This document shows positions 62,948 to 64,000 of a stretch of 64,000 nucleotides of DNA, in pieces. The notes beneath the pieces were generated by a model. It did not search any database, was not told where the DNA came from, and was given only the letters and a program-made list of their open reading frames with translations. The translations under genes and the position numbers were made by a program. This DNA is from a bacterium UBP2_UBA2255. GTDB lineage: Bacteria > Edwardsbacteria > AC1 > EtOH8. The stretch lies in the NCBI GenBank assembly GCA_002347565.1, contig DDXR01000075.1, positions 13,932 to 77,931 of the forward strand. Reading direction: 5' to 3'. Every line of letters starts with the position of its first letter. Positions within the stretch are counted from its first letter, which is position 1.

Positions 62948-63742
62948 TCAGCATGCGTCCCCCGCGGCGCAGGCCTTGATCTTGTCGAGCTGCCGGGCGG
63001 CCGCCTGGTAGCCCACCTCCACCAGGCCCATCGCCAGCTTCAGGTCCCAGTTGGGGATCTCGCCGGTGTCGATCCGCAGCAGCAGGTCCAGCTCCTGGTC
63101 GTAGAGCTCCAGCATCTTGTCGTTGGCCAGGCTCATCGAGCGCAGGCCGATCTCGAACAGGTTCTTGGGCTCGTAGCGCCCGGTGTCGAACACCACGCCG
63201 ATGCTGACGTCGGGCCGGAAGTGGCGCAGGGCCTCCACCGGCAGCGGCGCCTTGATGCCGCCGTCGGACAGCATCCACTCCCCCATCCGCACCGGGCCGA
63301 ACACCACCGGCACTGAGCACGAGGCCCGCACCGCCGGCGCCACCAGGTCGTCCGGGCCCTGGGGGAAGATCACCTCGCCGCCGGACAGCAGGTCCACCGC
63401 CACCACCGAGAACGGCAGCTTCAGCTCGGAGAAGCGGCGGCCCTTGCCGATCAGCTCGTCCACCATGTGCTCGATGGGCTCGGAGGAGACCAGCCCCTTG
63501 CTGGACAGCACCCGGGTGGGCGCCACCAGCCGGTTCCAGGAGATGGTGGCCGCGATCTGCTCCATCCGGTCGGCCCGGATGCCCGAGGCGTAGAAGGCGC
63601 CGATCAGCGCGCCGCCCGAGGTGCCGGCCAGGCAGTCGACCTCGATGCCCTGCTGCTCGATCAGCTTCAGCACGCCGATGTGCGCCAGGCAGTAGCCCAC
63701 GCCGCCGGAGAGGGCCAGGCCGATCTTCCGCTTGCCGGCCAT
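62948..63742 (-). CDS. Patatin-like phospholipase
   Basis: Oxyanion GLALSGGVGY, nucleophile elbow GTSGG, Asp dyad SDGGI. Confidence 0.85.
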   Translation of the reverse strand: MAGKRKIGLALSGGVGYCLAHIGVLKLIEQQGIEVDCLAGTSGGALIGAFYASGIRADRMEQIAATISWNRLVAPTRVLSSKGLVSSEPIEHMVDELIGKGRRFSELKLPFSVVAVDLLSGGEVIFPQGPDDLVAPAVRASCSVPVVFGPVRMGEWMLSDGGIKAPLPVEALRHFRPDVSIGVVFDTGRYEPKNLFEIGLRSMSLANDKMLELYDQELDLLLRIDTGEIPNWDLKLAMGLVEVGYQAAARQLDKIKACAAGDAC

Positions 63743-63745
63743 GCG

Positions 63746-64000
63746 TCAGCGGCCCAGCAGGCCGTCGAGCAATTGCTTGTTGCGGGCCAGCGCGTCCTCG
63801 GCCGCCATCCGGCCGACCTTGATCAGGTCGGCCGCCGCCTGCAGGTCCCAGCGGCTGGCCTGGCCGACGTTGCAGTCGACCAGGACGTCGGCCGCCCGGC
63901 GCGACTCCGCCAGCCGGTCGTAGTTGGCGATGGACAGGGTGCGCAGCGTCACCTCGAAGATGTTGCCGGGCACGGTGCGGGGCCGCTGGAAGGCCACCGC
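63746..64000 (-). CDS. C-terminal part of a second patatin-like phospholipase; 5' end lies outside the window
   Basis: The tail (...NIFEVTLRTLSIANYDRL...RWDLQAAADLIKVGRMAAEDAL) aligns by eye with the tail of the adjacent patatin (NLFEIGLRSMSLANDKML...NWDLKLAMGLVEVGYQAAARQL). Confidence 0.6.
   Translation of the reverse strand, partial: AVAFQRPRTVPGNIFEVTLRTLSIANYDRLAESRRAADVLVDCNVGQASRWDLQAAADLIKVGRMAAEDALARNKQLLDGLLGR

Overview
Gene-dense bacterial chromosomal segment, roughly two-thirds G+C by eye. I can support 65 protein-coding genes and 2 tRNAs (Ala-CGC, Gln-UUG). I found no rRNA, CRISPR array, transposase, integrase or phage genes. Most long ORFs in the six-frame track are GC-driven shadow frames and are not reported. 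Housekeeping blocks: oadB/SemiSWEET; ppiC-galT-glgA-mglA-recG; aminotransferases/serC; gmk-rpoZ-coaBC-udg-dnaB-mlaE...mlaF; ispE-tRNAGln-prs-rplY-pth-rpsF-ssb-ssb-rpsR-rplI-ptsN-...-rpmB-nudix-ruvX-mltG; era...rmuC-patatin-patatin. The accessory-looking part is a ~17 kb co-directional minus-strand operon (22.3-38.9 kb). It encodes a PorU-like C25 peptidase, a PorV-like barrel carrying a ~500-aa repeat-containing insertion, and an M6 (InhA-like) metalloprotease. These are followed by two small secreted proteins, a 1132-aa predicted outer-membrane protein with SprA-like DY-x-IDY motifs, and a 3-POTRA Omp85. Several of these genes have overlapping stop/start codons. Three proteins (BNR/sialidase-like, M6, C25) share one T9SS-type C-terminal sorting domain. 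Promoters look sigma70-like (TTGACA-17-TATAAT) and Shine-Dalgarno sites are present, so this is a T9SS-type module in a non-Bacteroidetes-like genome (my guess: a high-GC FCB-group candidate lineage). My best candidate for something undescribed is this compact secretion/attachment module: the half-size SprA-like protein coupled to Omp85, plus the insertion-bearing PorV. Other items worth a second look: tandem SSB paralogs in the PriB position; a structured intergenic repeat family with compensatory stem changes; a thrice-repeated copy of the mltG 3' end bracketing a TPR gene next to a low-GC islet; a low-GC3 patch inside recG; an mlaE/mlaF pair split by three unrelated genes. All functional calls rest on motif recognition by eye and memory of families. 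No searches were run.
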